NCBI GenBank assembly: GCA_017463935.1
Contig: JAFUEM010000028.1
Location: 751-64,750, forward strand
Length of the DNA stretch: 64,000 bases
From: Kiritimatiellia bacterium
GTDB lineage: Bacteria; Verrucomicrobiota; Kiritimatiellia; RFP12; UBA1067
Direction: 5' to 3'
The translations under genes were made by a program, and so were the position numbers. Position 1 is the stretch's first letter. Each line of letters starts with the position of its first letter. The notes under the pieces are model-generated. The model saw nothing but the letters and a program-made list of their open reading frames with translations, had not been told where the DNA came from and did no database searches. Below, in pieces: positions 54,040 through 64,000 of the stretch.

Positions 54040-54269
54040 TCTGAATCCTCCAGAAGTTCAAAGCGCTTCATGGTATTCCCGTCCCGCTCGACGGTCTCGA
54101 AGAACATCTTTGCGGGACGTACCCACAAGCCACCATCGCCGTAAAGGGCGCGATACACGACCATCTCCTCCAGCGTTTCGGAGTCCTTTGCGAATCCTTC
54201 AAGCCGGTAGAGCTTCCCTTTGAAATGCCGGAACGTCCGCCCGATCAGTTGTTTCTGTTCTTCTGTCAT
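54036..54269 (-). CDS. DUF1653 family protein
   Basis: 77 aa, about 85% identical to 52771..52992. Confidence 0.65.
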   Translation of the reverse strand: MTEEQKQLIGRTFRHFKGKLYRLEGFAKDSETLEEMVVYRALYGDGGLWVRPAKMFFETVERDGNTMKRFELLEDSE

Positions 54270-54290
54270 CTGCTGTTCTTCTTCGCATTA

Positions 54291-54425
54291 TTTCGCGGCG
54301 AGCTTGAGTCCAACAATCCCCGCGACGATGAGCGCGGCGGACGCGACGCGCAGCGCAGACGCCGACGCGCCGAACAGGATGATTCCCGCAACGAATCCGC
54401 CGACCGCGCCGACGCCTGCTCCGGC
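54291..54425 (-). pseudogene. sugE C-terminal remnant (44 codons) directly in frame after the gpx stop codon
   Basis: Read after gpx TAG: [45 protein letters not shown]. Confidence 0.5.
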
Positions 54426-55073
54426 CTACTTTTCCGACAGGAGCGCCTCAAGGCTGGCGGCGAGCGCGGCGGGCGTCGTCTTGGGGCCGCTGCGCTTGAC
54501 GACGTTTCCATTGCGGTCCACGAGGAACTTGGTGAAGTTCCACTCGATGTCGCCGGGCGCCTCCGCGCCGGTCATGCCGTGCTTCTTCAGAAGCGCGCGC
54601 AGCGCGGCGGTCTCTTCCGCGGGATCGTCGTCCGCCGGCTTCTGCTCCTTGAGGAATTTGAAGAGCGGCTCGGCGTTCGCGCCGTTCACCTCGATCTTCG
54701 CCAGCTGATCGAACGTCGTATTGTACTTGAGCGTGCAGAACCGGTGAATCTCGTCATCGCTGCCGGGCGCCTGGTGCCCGAACTGATCGCACGGGAAGTC
54801 GAGAATCTCCAGCCCCTTGTCGTGGTACGCGGCGTAGAGCCTCTCAAGCCCCTCGTACTGCGGCGTGAAACCGCAGCCGGTCGCCGTGTTGACGATCAAG
54901 AGCACCTTGCCCCTGAGCGATGAGAGGTCAAGGCTCGCTCCATTGCGGCCTTTTGCCGTGAACTGATAGATGGTGTCCATTTTTGTGTTCTCCTTTAGAT
55001 TGGCGCATCCGCCGCCCAGCAACGTTGCCAGGCCGAGCGACGTAAGCGCGATGAGCTTTGATGCGGTTTTCAT
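54426..55073 (-). CDS. glutathione peroxidase (putative lipoprotein)
   Basis: Signal peptide with ...LLGGGC; active-site region NTATGCGFT; 215 aa. Confidence 0.85.
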   Translation of the reverse strand: MKTASKLIALTSLGLATLLGGGCANLKENTKMDTIYQFTAKGRNGASLDLSSLRGKVLLIVNTATGCGFTPQYEGLERLYAAYHDKGLEILDFPCDQFGHQAPGSDDEIHRFCTLKYNTTFDQLAKIEVNGANAEPLFKFLKEQKPADDDPAEETAALRALLKKHGMTGAEAPGDIEWNFTKFLVDRNGNVVKRSGPKTTPAALAASLEALLSEK

Positions 55074-55082
55074 TGTCGGTTC

Positions 55083-56021
55083 CTAAGCGCGGTTGAACTT
55101 GTCCTTGGGCTGCTTGCAGCGCGGACAGCGCCAGTCGGCGGGAAGGTCCTCGAACGCGACGCCGTCGTGCTCGGCGGGATCGTACACGTAGCCGCAGACG
55201 GAACAAACGTATTTGCCTGTCGGAGTCTTGAACACGATTTCGCCCGGCGGGATGACGGCAGGCGGATTTGCGAGATCGACGACGCGCTTCGCCTCAAGGC
55301 TTTCCAGCGCCTCCGGCGTGTGCGTGCCGAGCCAGACGGTCGGACGCGCGGCGCAGAACGCGCGGCAGCGGTCGAGCGTCTCGCGGGCGGCGGCCTTGTC
55401 TTCGTAGACGACGGACAGCTTGTTCTCGTAGAAAGCCACGTCAGTGTAGGTGACGTCGCCGTGGATGAGGTAGAAAAGTCCGTCGGACTCAACGGCGACG
55501 ATGCAGTTGCCGTTCGTGTGCCCGGGCGCAGAAATGTACGTCACGCCGTCCGCTATGCGCTGCGACGCCGGGAACTCGTAGTAGGGGCCATCCTGAAACG
55601 TCGCCACGGTCGGGTTGAACGGCTTGATCTCGTCCGATTCAGCCTCGGCAGCCGAGCAGATGATCTGCGCGTTCGGGAAGAAGCGCAGTGCGCCCGTGTG
55701 GTCGGCATGCTTGTGGGTGATGAGAATCTTCGAGACCTGCTCTGGCTTGTAGCCAAGGTCGGCAAGCGCCTCGATGTACGGCTTGATTTTCTTGCCGACA
55801 TAGATTGTCGCATCCTCTGTCGGTTCACCAAAGGGGAAGTCCTCGGGGACGCCCGTATCGACGAGGATGACTTCGCTCCCAGTGTCGATCACCCAGTTCT
55901 GGAGGCACGAGCGGTACTTGACCGCAGGGTCGAGTCCTTCCGCACCTTCGCCACCAAGGGCAAATGGACGCGTCATGAAACCGTTTTCGGCAAAACGGAC
56001 GGGCTTTATCGCTATGCTCAT
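55083..56021 (-). CDS. MBL-fold hydrolase fused to C-terminal rubredoxin domain
   Basis: [14 protein letters not shown] motif; C-terminal CSVCGYVY...CPRC rubredoxin knuckles. Confidence 0.75.
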   Translation of the reverse strand: MSIAIKPVRFAENGFMTRPFALGGEGAEGLDPAVKYRSCLQNWVIDTGSEVILVDTGVPEDFPFGEPTEDATIYVGKKIKPYIEALADLGYKPEQVSKILITHKHADHTGALRFFPNAQIICSAAEAESDEIKPFNPTVATFQDGPYYEFPASQRIADGVTYISAPGHTNGNCIVAVESDGLFYLIHGDVTYTDVAFYENKLSVVYEDKAAARETLDRCRAFCAARPTVWLGTHTPEALESLEAKRVVDLANPPAVIPPGEIVFKTPTGKYVCSVCGYVYDPAEHDGVAFEDLPADWRCPRCKQPKDKFNRA

Positions 56022-56057
56022 TTTTATAGTTCCTTTCTCTGATTGTGGCAGGATAAA

Positions 56058-56573
56058 TCAAAGCCGACTGACGAGTTGGAGGATCTTGTCGCGGGTGGCG
56101 TCCGTCTTCTGCTCGTCGATCTTGGCGGTGACGACGCCGGCGTCCTCCACGCCCCAATAGCTTTGGATGCCATGGTACTCGCCGAGCGCGCCGTCATAGA
56201 CGCCGGGCGAGTAGGAGGAGAGCAGAAGCGCCATCTTCTTCAGCTTGCCGGGCTTCTGCATGTTGTAGATGCGCTGGATCGGGGCCTGGATCTGCGCGGA
56301 CATCGTGAAGTAGTAGATCGGCGCAGCGAGCACGAGCGCCTCCGCCTCGGCGAGAAGCGGATAGAGTTCCTGCATGTCGTCCTTCTGGACGCACGTTCCG
56401 TTGCCTTTGCCGTGGCAGTACTCGCAGGCCATGCAGCCAGCGATCTTCTTGTGCGCCACATCGACGAGCGTCACTTTGTGGCCGGCCGTTTCAGCGGCCT
56501 TGCGGAACTCCCCGGCCATCCAAGCCGTGTTCCCGTTCGCCCTCGGCGAACCCTGCAATATAAGGATGTTCAT
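56058..56573 (-). CDS. flavodoxin-like NAD(P)H-dependent FMN reductase / iron-sulfur flavoprotein-like
   Basis: MNILILQGSPRANGNT...; CMACEYC cysteine cluster. Confidence 0.7.
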   Translation of the reverse strand: MNILILQGSPRANGNTAWMAGEFRKAAETAGHKVTLVDVAHKKIAGCMACEYCHGKGNGTCVQKDDMQELYPLLAEAEALVLAAPIYYFTMSAQIQAPIQRIYNMQKPGKLKKMALLLSSYSPGVYDGALGEYHGIQSYWGVEDAGVVTAKIDEQKTDATRDKILQLVSRL

Positions 56574-56599
56574 TTTGTCAATTCCTTTCGTAGGAAGTT

Positions 56600-56974
56600 T
56601 TAGGATTGTACTTCGGTCGGCCTTGCGGCGTAGTCGATTGTCACGCCGATGCCGAAGTGGACATAGTAGTCAGGATTCCCGGCGACCGGAATCCAGAAAG
56701 TGGTCATCCGCGGGGTGGTCTCCGTCTTCTCCGTGTAAAGCCACGTAGTCGTGCCGACCTTGCGCATCTGCGCCTGGCGGCAAAGGCCGGCCTTCAGCCT
56801 GGGGCACCCCTGCGCACAGACGACGCCAGGCTTGCGTCCGTAGCGATCGCACGCCGGATTGACCGCGACCACGCGGTACGTCTTGTGGCATAGTTGCACG
56901 GGTTCGGGGAGTCCGTCGTACATGAGGTGGAACGCCTCGCTCAGCTTCGCCTCAATCTGTTCTTGTTCTGTCAT
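56600..56974 (-). CDS. hypothetical protein
   Basis: ORF 56600..56998; start MTEQEQIEAK; no recognisable motif. Confidence 0.4.
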   Translation of the reverse strand: MTEQEQIEAKLSEAFHLMYDGLPEPVQLCHKTYRVVAVNPACDRYGRKPGVVCAQGCPRLKAGLCRQAQMRKVGTTTWLYTEKTETTPRMTTFWIPVAGNPDYYVHFGIGVTIDYAARPTEVQS

Positions 56975-57022
56975 CGTGCCTTCCTTTCTTGTGGGCAATA
57001 GTATACCACAATTTACGTCTGA

Positions 57023-58099
57023 CTACTTAGTCGCTTCGGCGTAGGCGGCGTCGTCCACGGGCTCGCACCATTCGTTCGACTGTTCCGTACCGGGCACTTC
57101 GAGCGCGATGTGTTGGAACCACGAATCGGGCGCGGCACCGTGCCAGTGTTTGACGTTCGCGGGGATGTTCACCGTGTCGCCTCGCTTGATGCGGCGAGCC
57201 GGTTTTCCCCATTCCTGGTAGTAGCCCTCGCCGGCCGTGACGATGAGCATCTGACCTCCGCCGGCCTTCGCGTGGTGGATGTGCCAGTTGTTGCGGCAGC
57301 CCGGCTCGAACGTCACACCGAACGCCGGCACCTGGTCGAGCGTCAGCTTGTGAAGGTAGCTGTTGCCGATGAAGTACTTGGCGTACGCCGTGTTCGGCTC
57401 GCCCACGGGAATCGGCGACCAGTCGCGCGGAAGATCTGCGGGGTTGCGCGGCAGCTGCACGCGCCGCACGATTTCCGCCGCCTGCGCGTCGGTGCTGCCG
57501 TTCAACTTCCCGATGGCGATGTGCGCCTTCATCTGCGGCGCCGTCTCGGGGCGTGCCGCGAGCGCGGCGATGGTGACGATCTCGCGCGTGCGCCAGTCGA
57601 CGTTGTTGCGCGCGAAGATGTCGCCGAAGAGATGAGTCTTCAGGTATTCGTCGAGCTGCGGATGGAAGTCGAAGAGCGCGCCCTTGACCGGTCCGCCGCA
57701 GAGCCTCGTCTGATTGGCCGTGCCGATCTCCAGCGCCTTGTCTCCCAAAACAAACGACCCGCCGTTACGGATCTTCCCACCATTCTCATTCTCTGCACTC
57801 TCCGCCTCTCCGCGCCTCCGCGTGAGACCATATCCTTCAATCTTCATAAGCGTCGCGGCGGCGTTGAGCGCACGCGGGAAGCCACAGTAGGCGTAGAGCT
57901 GCCCGACAAGTTCCTTCGCCTCGTTGAGCGTGAGTCCCGCGTCGAATCCCGCCTTGAACGCCGCGCCGAGCTTGTCCTGCTCGCCGCGCGCCGTTCCCGC
58001 GCCGATAGCGACGATCGCCGTTTCCTTGGCGGTGAGTTCCGCCGCGTTTGCCATCATTGCACTGGCCATTGCCATTCCTCCAATTATAAGTTTTTTCAT
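57023..58099 (-). CDS. secreted carboxymuconolactone decarboxylase (AhpD-like) - cupin fusion protein
   Basis: Signal peptide; CMD-like N-terminal half and C-terminal cupin; inter-domain linker GLTRRRGEAESAENENGG is encoded by the GCGGAGA repeat. Confidence 0.65.
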   Translation of the reverse strand: MKKLIIGGMAMASAMMANAAELTAKETAIVAIGAGTARGEQDKLGAAFKAGFDAGLTLNEAKELVGQLYAYCGFPRALNAAATLMKIEGYGLTRRRGEAESAENENGGKIRNGGSFVLGDKALEIGTANQTRLCGGPVKGALFDFHPQLDEYLKTHLFGDIFARNNVDWRTREIVTIAALAARPETAPQMKAHIAIGKLNGSTDAQAAEIVRRVQLPRNPADLPRDWSPIPVGEPNTAYAKYFIGNSYLHKLTLDQVPAFGVTFEPGCRNNWHIHHAKAGGGQMLIVTAGEGYYQEWGKPARRIKRGDTVNIPANVKHWHGAAPDSWFQHIALEVPGTEQSNEWCEPVDDAAYAEATK

Positions 58100-58107
58100 T
58101 TCGTGTT

Positions 58108-58166
58108 TTCCTTTCTTTTTATCTCACGCGGAGAGGCGGAGAAGCGGAGATTTTTTCGGACGGGCG
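58108..58166. repeat. direct repeat DR1 of GCGGAGA-repeat family (TTTTATCTCACGCGGAGAGGCGGAGAAGCGGAGATTTTTTCGGACG)
   Basis: 47 bp identical to 58686..58732; encodes (reverse strand) the last 10 codons and stop of the GxxExxY gene. Confidence 0.6.
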
Positions 58167-58550
58167 AGGCCCTGAATAGTCTTTCACAATCCTCGCATAG
58201 CCATCTTTCAGTTTCTCCATGCCAAAGTTGACTAGAACTCCAACATGGAGTCCTGTCACGGTCAAATATGTCTTAACTTGTTTAGCAAAGACAGGATGCA
58301 TCTGTTCGGTAGACTTAAGTTCCACAATGACCATCCCGTCAACGAGCATATCCAATCTGAAGGCAGTATCCAGCACCGCCCCCTCGTATTCAAGAGATAT
58401 GGGCTTTTGCCGTTCCACCGTATGTCCTCTCCGCTTCAGTTCCTCCGCGAGCAAGATCTCATAGACAGACTCCAGCATGCCAGGACCGAATTGCCTGTGA
58501 ATCTTGATTGACGAATCAAGGATATCCTTTGTTATCTCGTTTTCAGTCAT
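58119..58550 (-). CDS. GxxExxY family protein
   Basis: ORF 58119..58568; start MTENEITK...; GxxExxY-like LESVYEIL; bracketed by the repeats. Confidence 0.7.
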   Translation of the reverse strand: MTENEITKDILDSSIKIHRQFGPGMLESVYEILLAEELKRRGHTVERQKPISLEYEGAVLDTAFRLDMLVDGMVIVELKSTEQMHPVFAKQVKTYLTVTGLHVGVLVNFGMEKLKDGYARIVKDYSGPRPSEKISASPPLRVR

Positions 58551-58675
58551 AACACAAACCTCCGCCACTCCGCACCTCCGCGTGAGAAAAGATTCACCGC
58601 CCTGCCGAGGCCGATGCGCGAGACATCTATATCTGTGTCGCCGAGTTTCACGTACTGCATGTTTCTGTCCTTATT

Positions 58676-58733
58676 CTTTCATTCTTTTTATCTCACGCGG
58701 AGAGGCGGAGAAGCGGAGATTTTTTCGGACGAA
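58676..58733. repeat. direct repeat DR2 of GCGGAGA-repeat family
   Basis: Identical 47 bp core; additional inverted partial copy at ~58560..58600 immediately upstream of the GxxExxY start. Confidence 0.6.
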
Positions 58734-58750
58734 CGAGGGCCATGTGGCTC

Positions 58751-59263
58751 TCAGAGGGTCTCCACGAGCTCGGCGACGCTCTTGCGCTTCGCGTGCTGCG
58801 GCGCGGGCTTGGCCGAGGGATCGGCGTAGCCGACGGGGAAGATGGCGACGAGGTCGTAGCCGGCGAGTCCGGGAATCAGCGCCTGGAGTTTCGGCGCGTC
58901 GAAATGTCCGACCCACGTCGAGGCAAGCCCCTGGTCTTCGATGGCGAGCATCAGGTGCGTCGCGACGATTGTCGCGTCGACATCGGCGAAGTTCGCCTTG
59001 TCCGCCGGGCGCACCCACGCATCCTCGCGTTTCGCCCCGACGACGAGAAACACGCCCGCGCCGAAGGTGAACGGCGTCGCGTCGTGTATCGCCTTCACGG
59101 CGTCGGGCGACTTGGCGACCCAGATCTTGAACGGCTGCTTGTTCACCGCCGTCGGAGCGAGAATGCCCGCCTCGATGATCGCGTCGAGCTTCTCCTGCTC
59201 CACGGGTTTCGCCGCCAGTTTGCGGCACGAGTAGCGGCGTCTCGCCAGTTCGTTGAATGTCAT
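58751..59263 (-). CDS. nitroreductase family protein
   Basis: 170 aa; typical NAD(P)H nitroreductase N-terminus RRSCRKLAAKPV. Confidence 0.8.
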   Translation of the reverse strand: MTFNELARRRYSCRKLAAKPVEQEKLDAIIEAGILAPTAVNKQPFKIWVAKSPDAVKAIHDATPFTFGAGVFLVVGAKREDAWVRPADKANFADVDATIVATHLMLAIEDQGLASTWVGHFDAPKLQALIPGLAGYDLVAIFPVGYADPSAKPAPQHAKRKSVAELVETL

Positions 59264-59300
59264 TGTCGTTCTCCTTTCCTGATGTCCGTCTTCCGGACCT

Positions 59301-59929
59301 TCACCTGTAAACCGCGAAATCCTTGACCGCGCGCCGCTCGAAATGCATCTTGTTCGGCGCGGTACCCTTCAGCGGATAGCCGACGTCGAGAAGGAAGGAG
59401 GGCGTGAGATTGTCCGGGATGTCAAACGCCGCGGCGACTTCCTGAGGATTGAAGAACTTCACCCAGCACGAGCCCAGCCCCTGCGCCGTCGCCTCCAGCA
59501 TCATGTGCGTGCCGACGATCGAGGTGTCCATGACGCCGGAACTGTCAGTGGCGTCGAACGGACTCACCCACGCCTTCGACCTGTTGTAGCACACGAGGAA
59601 AACGACAGGCGCCTCGTACGCGCACCGCGAGAGCTTGTTGATCTTCGCGATCGCCTCTTCGCTCTTCAGCACGTAGATCTGGAACGGCTGCAGGTTCTTG
59701 GCCGTCGGCGCAACGCGCGCGGCTTCGAGAATGGCGTCGATCTTCTCCTGCTCGACAGGCGTCTTCGCGTAGTAGCGGACGGAAAACCTGTCCTTCGCCA
59801 GCTGAAGAAAGGTCGGATTCCCTTTTCCGCCGCCTCTCCCTTGCCGGCCTCCTCGCAGCCGGCGGCGAGCGCGAACGCCGGCGCACAGGCCGCCGCTCCC
59901 AGTCCCCTGATGAATTCTTTTCTGTTCAT
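59301..59929 (-). pseudogene. nitroreductase lipoprotein with frameshift between signal peptide and mature domain
   Basis: Signal/lipobox ORF (MNRKEFIRGLGAAACAPAFALAAGC...) is one frame off from mature nitroreductase ...GNPTFLQLAKDRFSVRYYAKTPVEQEKIDAILEAARVAPTAKNLQPFQIYVLKSEE...; shift maps to ggcggaaaagggaat tract. Confidence 0.5.
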
Positions 59930-60064
59930 TTTGCTTTTCCTTTCCGGGTCTCGTTTTCCTTCTTGAAAATCTGCTTCATGCCGCTGTCGTCGAGCGGCGC
60001 ATCGGCACGAGTGCGAGCGACTTGATCATGTGCGGCGTGCCTTCCTTGTACGTGCGCCGCGCCG

Positions 60065-61189
60065 TCAGCCGACGATAAACCGCCCGACGAAGGGTACGCG
60101 GCGGAGCAAAACGCCCGCGGCGGAGGCGAGGGCATAGGTCGCCGCAGCCGTCGCGAAGATCGTCACGGGCGTGCCGCAGCCGGCGTGCAGCGCGGCGAAC
60201 ATCGGCAGCAGCACGAACATGTGCAGAAGATAGGTGCCGTAGCTCGCCTCGGCGAGCGGGCGCACAACGCGCCGGTAGAACGCGCCATCCGCCTTGATCT
60301 TCCGAATCAGCAGGAACGCCGCGATCACCGTGATCGCCACGCCGAAGGAGCAGTATTCGATGCTCATCTCCAGATCGACCGCGAACGCATACGGCCGGGA
60401 GCACGGAAATTCGGGGATCCGGAAATAGAATCCGCCGCCGATGATCGCCGCCCCGGCCAGCCACAGCGGAACCGCCACGGCGAGCGTGCGCCGCCAGGAA
60501 AGTTCCGGCGCGAACCGCCTGAACCAGAAGCCGAGCAGCAGGTAGCCGACGAAGCCGCTCACAGGATGGAACATGCCGAACATGTTCCAGGGGCATTCCC
60601 CGTAGAGATACGGCACGGCGCCGAACGAAGGCGCGCCGTAAAGCGCCGACCAGACGCGGCGCAGGTACGGGAACAGCGTCGTGAACAGCCAGAGGATCAG
60701 CCAGCCGCGCAGTTCGCGTTCCCGCACCCTTTCGGCCCAGGGCGAAAGAAGCGGCATCAGCAGATAGAGGCCGAGCAGCATCGGCACGAACCAGAGGTGG
60801 CCGCCGGCGTCCGGAAAGTTGAAGCACGCCTTGCCCCAGCTGTCGCCGAACCATCCGATGTACGCGCACGACCAGACAAGGAACGGCACGACGATGCGCC
60901 CGAGACGCCGCCGGAAGAACTCGCCGGCCGGCCGCTTCAGCGGGAACAGGAGGTAGCTGGACGCCATCACGAACAGCGGCACGCACACGCGGCAGACGCT
61001 TTCGACGAGCGACACCCAGAAGGCATCCCACCTGTTCGCGATGAATGTCACGTTCGGCGCCGCGCCGCCAAGATAGAAAGGTTCGCAGGAATGGATGACC
61101 ATGACCATGAAACAGGCGATGATCCGCAGCCAGTCCAGGAACACGACTCTTTCGCCGACCGTCTTCGTCTTTTCCGCAAGGTCTGTCAT
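60065..61189 (-). CDS. acyltransferase family 3 (OafA-like) membrane protein
   Basis: ORF 60065..61240; start MTDLAEKTKT; about 10 TM segments; VFLDWLRIIACFMVMVIH motif. Confidence 0.75.
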   Translation of the reverse strand: MTDLAEKTKTVGERVVFLDWLRIIACFMVMVIHSCEPFYLGGAAPNVTFIANRWDAFWVSLVESVCRVCVPLFVMASSYLLFPLKRPAGEFFRRRLGRIVVPFLVWSCAYIGWFGDSWGKACFNFPDAGGHLWFVPMLLGLYLLMPLLSPWAERVRERELRGWLILWLFTTLFPYLRRVWSALYGAPSFGAVPYLYGECPWNMFGMFHPVSGFVGYLLLGFWFRRFAPELSWRRTLAVAVPLWLAGAAIIGGGFYFRIPEFPCSRPYAFAVDLEMSIEYCSFGVAITVIAAFLLIRKIKADGAFYRRVVRPLAEASYGTYLLHMFVLLPMFAALHAGCGTPVTIFATAAATYALASAAGVLLRRVPFVGRFIVG

Positions 61190-61239
61190 TTCTCCCGTCT
61201 CCCCCTCAACTCGTCGTGGGCGATCATCTGCCGACCGCA

Positions 61240-62268
<1,029 letters not shown>

Positions 62269-62356
62269 AGCGTGCGTAGTATATCAAAAAAAGGAGCGCG
62301 GCAGTTTCGCCGCGCCCCCTTTTCCCTTGCGCGGACGAGCCGCCGCGCCGGTTCCG

Positions 62357-63667
62357 TCAGTCGTTCAGCGCCGCGACGCCGGGGAGGACCTTGCCTTCGA
62401 GGAACTCGAGGCTCGCGCCGCCGCCCGTCGAGACGTGGCTCATCTCCGCCGCCCTGCCGGACTTCTTGACCGCGCTCACCGAGTCGCCGCCGCCGATGAT
62501 CGACACGCCGCCGTTCGCCTTGACGGTCGCGACCGCCTCGCACACGCCGTACGTGCCCTTCGCGAGCGGCGCGAACTCGAAGCAGCCCATCGGGCCGTTC
62601 CAGACGACCGTCTTCGCGCCCTTGACCGCCTCGCTGAACGCGGCAATCGACTTCGGGCCGATGTCGAGGCCCATCCAGCCGTCCGGGATGTCGCCTTCGT
62701 TGATCTTCATCGTGATGTCGCTCGCGTCCTTCGTCTCCGGGAACTTGTCGGCGATCACGTTGTCGCTCGGCAGCAGGATCTTGATGCCCTTCGCGGCCGC
62801 CGCGTCGAGCATCTCCTTGCAGTACGCGACCTGGTCGTCCTCGCAGAGCGACGCGCCGACCTTGTAGCCCTGCGCCTTCTTGAAGGTGTAGGCCATGCCG
62901 CCGCCGATGATGAGCGTGTCGACCTTGTTCAGGAGGCTCTTGACGACCGCGAGCTTGTCGGAGACCTTCGCGCCGCCGAGGATCGCCACGAACGGGCGGA
63001 CGGGATTCTCGACCGCGTCGCCGAGGAACTTGATCTCCTTCTCCAGCAGGAAGCCCGAGACGGCCGGCTGCAGGTAGTCCGCGACGACGGCGGTCGAGGC
63101 GTGCGCGCGGTGCGCGGTGCCGAACGCGTCGTTGCAGTAGATATCGCCGTAGCTCGCGAGCTTCTTCGCCATCTCGGCGCGCTGCGCCTTGAGCTCGGCC
63201 TTCTTCGCCGCGAACTCCTCGTCGGTGAGGTGGATGCCCTTCTTCTCGTCATCCTTCTTGACCTTGCCGTCCTCGGCCTTGTAGAAGCGGGTGTTCTCCA
63301 AGAGCGCGACCTCGCCCGGCTTCAGCGCCTGGACGACCGCGTCGGCCGCCATGCAGTCGGGCACGAACGTGACCGGCCGGCCGAGCTTCTCGGCGAGCGC
63401 CTCGGCGACGGGCTTGAGCGTGAACGCCGCGTTGTCGGGATTCGGCGCCGCGCCGAGCTTGACGCCCTTCGGACGGCCGAGGTGCGACATGAGCACGAGC
63501 GAACCGCCCTGTTCGAGAACATACTTGATCGACGGCAGCGCCGCGACGATACGCGTATCGTCGGTGATCTTGCCCGAGCCGTCCTTCGCCATCGGGACGT
63601 TGAAGTCGACGCGCATCAGCACGCGCTTGCCCTTGATCTCAACGTCACGGAGTGTCTTCTTTGCCAT
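62357..63667 (-). CDS. pgk: phosphoglycerate kinase
   Basis: RVDFNVP and GGGASLE motifs; 436 aa (about 40 aa longer than typical). Confidence 0.9.
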   Translation of the reverse strand: MAKKTLRDVEIKGKRVLMRVDFNVPMAKDGSGKITDDTRIVAALPSIKYVLEQGGSLVLMSHLGRPKGVKLGAAPNPDNAAFTLKPVAEALAEKLGRPVTFVPDCMAADAVVQALKPGEVALLENTRFYKAEDGKVKKDDEKKGIHLTDEEFAAKKAELKAQRAEMAKKLASYGDIYCNDAFGTAHRAHASTAVVADYLQPAVSGFLLEKEIKFLGDAVENPVRPFVAILGGAKVSDKLAVVKSLLNKVDTLIIGGGMAYTFKKAQGYKVGASLCEDDQVAYCKEMLDAAAAKGIKILLPSDNVIADKFPETKDASDITMKINEGDIPDGWMGLDIGPKSIAAFSEAVKGAKTVVWNGPMGCFEFAPLAKGTYGVCEAVATVKANGGVSIIGGGDSVSAVKKSGRAAEMSHVSTGGGASLEFLEGKVLPGVAALND

Positions 63668-63775
63668 TTTTCTTTTCCTTTCTTTCCGATTGTTCGAGTT
63701 GAAATTTGCAAGGGCACCCAAGGTGATGTCCCCGGATGCCCTTCGCCGTCACATTCCCGTTCAGCCTTTTGTGGT

Positions 63776-64000
63776 TTACTTCGCGTCCGCTGCGGCGGCT
63801 GCGTTCATTTTGTTCAGCTTGAGCTGGGCACGGGACTTCTTGCGGTCGGCCGTGTTCTTGGAGATGATGCCCTTCTTCGCGGCCTTGTCGAGGCCCGAAA
63901 CAAATTCCTTGAACTTCTTCTCGGCCTCCTCCTTGCTGCCGGCGTCGGCGGCCTTGAAGAGCTTCTTGTGCGCGTCGTGAAGCTTCGCCTTGGCGACGGA
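63776..64000 (-). CDS. rpsT: 30S ribosomal protein S20, C-terminal part (gene continues past window end)
   Basis: ...AKLHDAHKKLFKAADAGSKEEAEKKFKEFVSGLDKAAKKGIISKNTADRKKSRAQLKLNKMNAAAAADAK*. Confidence 0.75.
   Translation of the reverse strand, partial: SVAKAKLHDAHKKLFKAADAGSKEEAEKKFKEFVSGLDKAAKKGIISKNTADRKKSRAQLKLNKMNAAAAADAK

Noticed and set aside
63722-63775. Terminator between rpsT and pgk (GGGCA...TGCCC hairpin)
   Set aside because: Short 5 bp stem and no U-run; insufficient support.

Overview
This 64 kb window is a high-GC bacterial chromosomal segment containing two visibly AT-richer islands. Most genes lie on the minus strand, and there are no rRNA, tRNA or CRISPR features. Ordinary content includes pgk, rpsT (partial), a phosphate-type locus (Na/Pi cotransporter, PhoB/PhoR-like two-component pair, outer-membrane porin), a crcB fluoride channel, and an anaerobe-style redox and detoxification set (FprA flavoprotein, ferredoxin, D-lactate dehydrogenase, nitroreductases, glutathione peroxidase, an MBL-rubredoxin fusion, flavin reductase paralogs, cupins). 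There are also many small regulators (MerR, two intact HxlR, Crp/Fnr, ECF sigma factor with a Ser/Thr kinase). Accessory content is rich. A sigma-54 enhancer-binding protein with an atypical N-terminal domain sits immediately upstream of two near-identical sigma-54 promoters. These drive (a) a coiled-coil protein, a MoxR-like AAA+ ATPase and a vWA protein, and (b) a DUF4062/AlbA_2/HATPase_c_4 protein, two small unknowns, an EEP-family nuclease and a roughly 946 aa orphan protein; the last two lie in a low-GC island. Together this looks like a candidate undescribed NTP-dependent conflict or defense locus. Three type II TA modules are present (HepT/MntA, GNAT/RHH, VapBC). Two of them sit in the same conserved non-coding framework: a shared sigma-70 promoter plus 5'UTR block upstream, and a shared roughly 300 nt terminator-ended leader downstream. 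Other features are a REP-associated tyrosine transposase with REP arrays, a GCGGAGA-type repeat family that also forms an in-frame linker insertion and brackets a GxxExxY gene, a 100 bp promoter-bearing repeat, a degenerate two-component system next to a metallothionein-like Cys-rich lipoprotein, several pseudogenes (in-frame stops, a 17 bp tandem duplication, a homopolymer frameshift), and recently duplicated small gene families (sugE, TIGR04076-like, DUF1653, flavin reductase).
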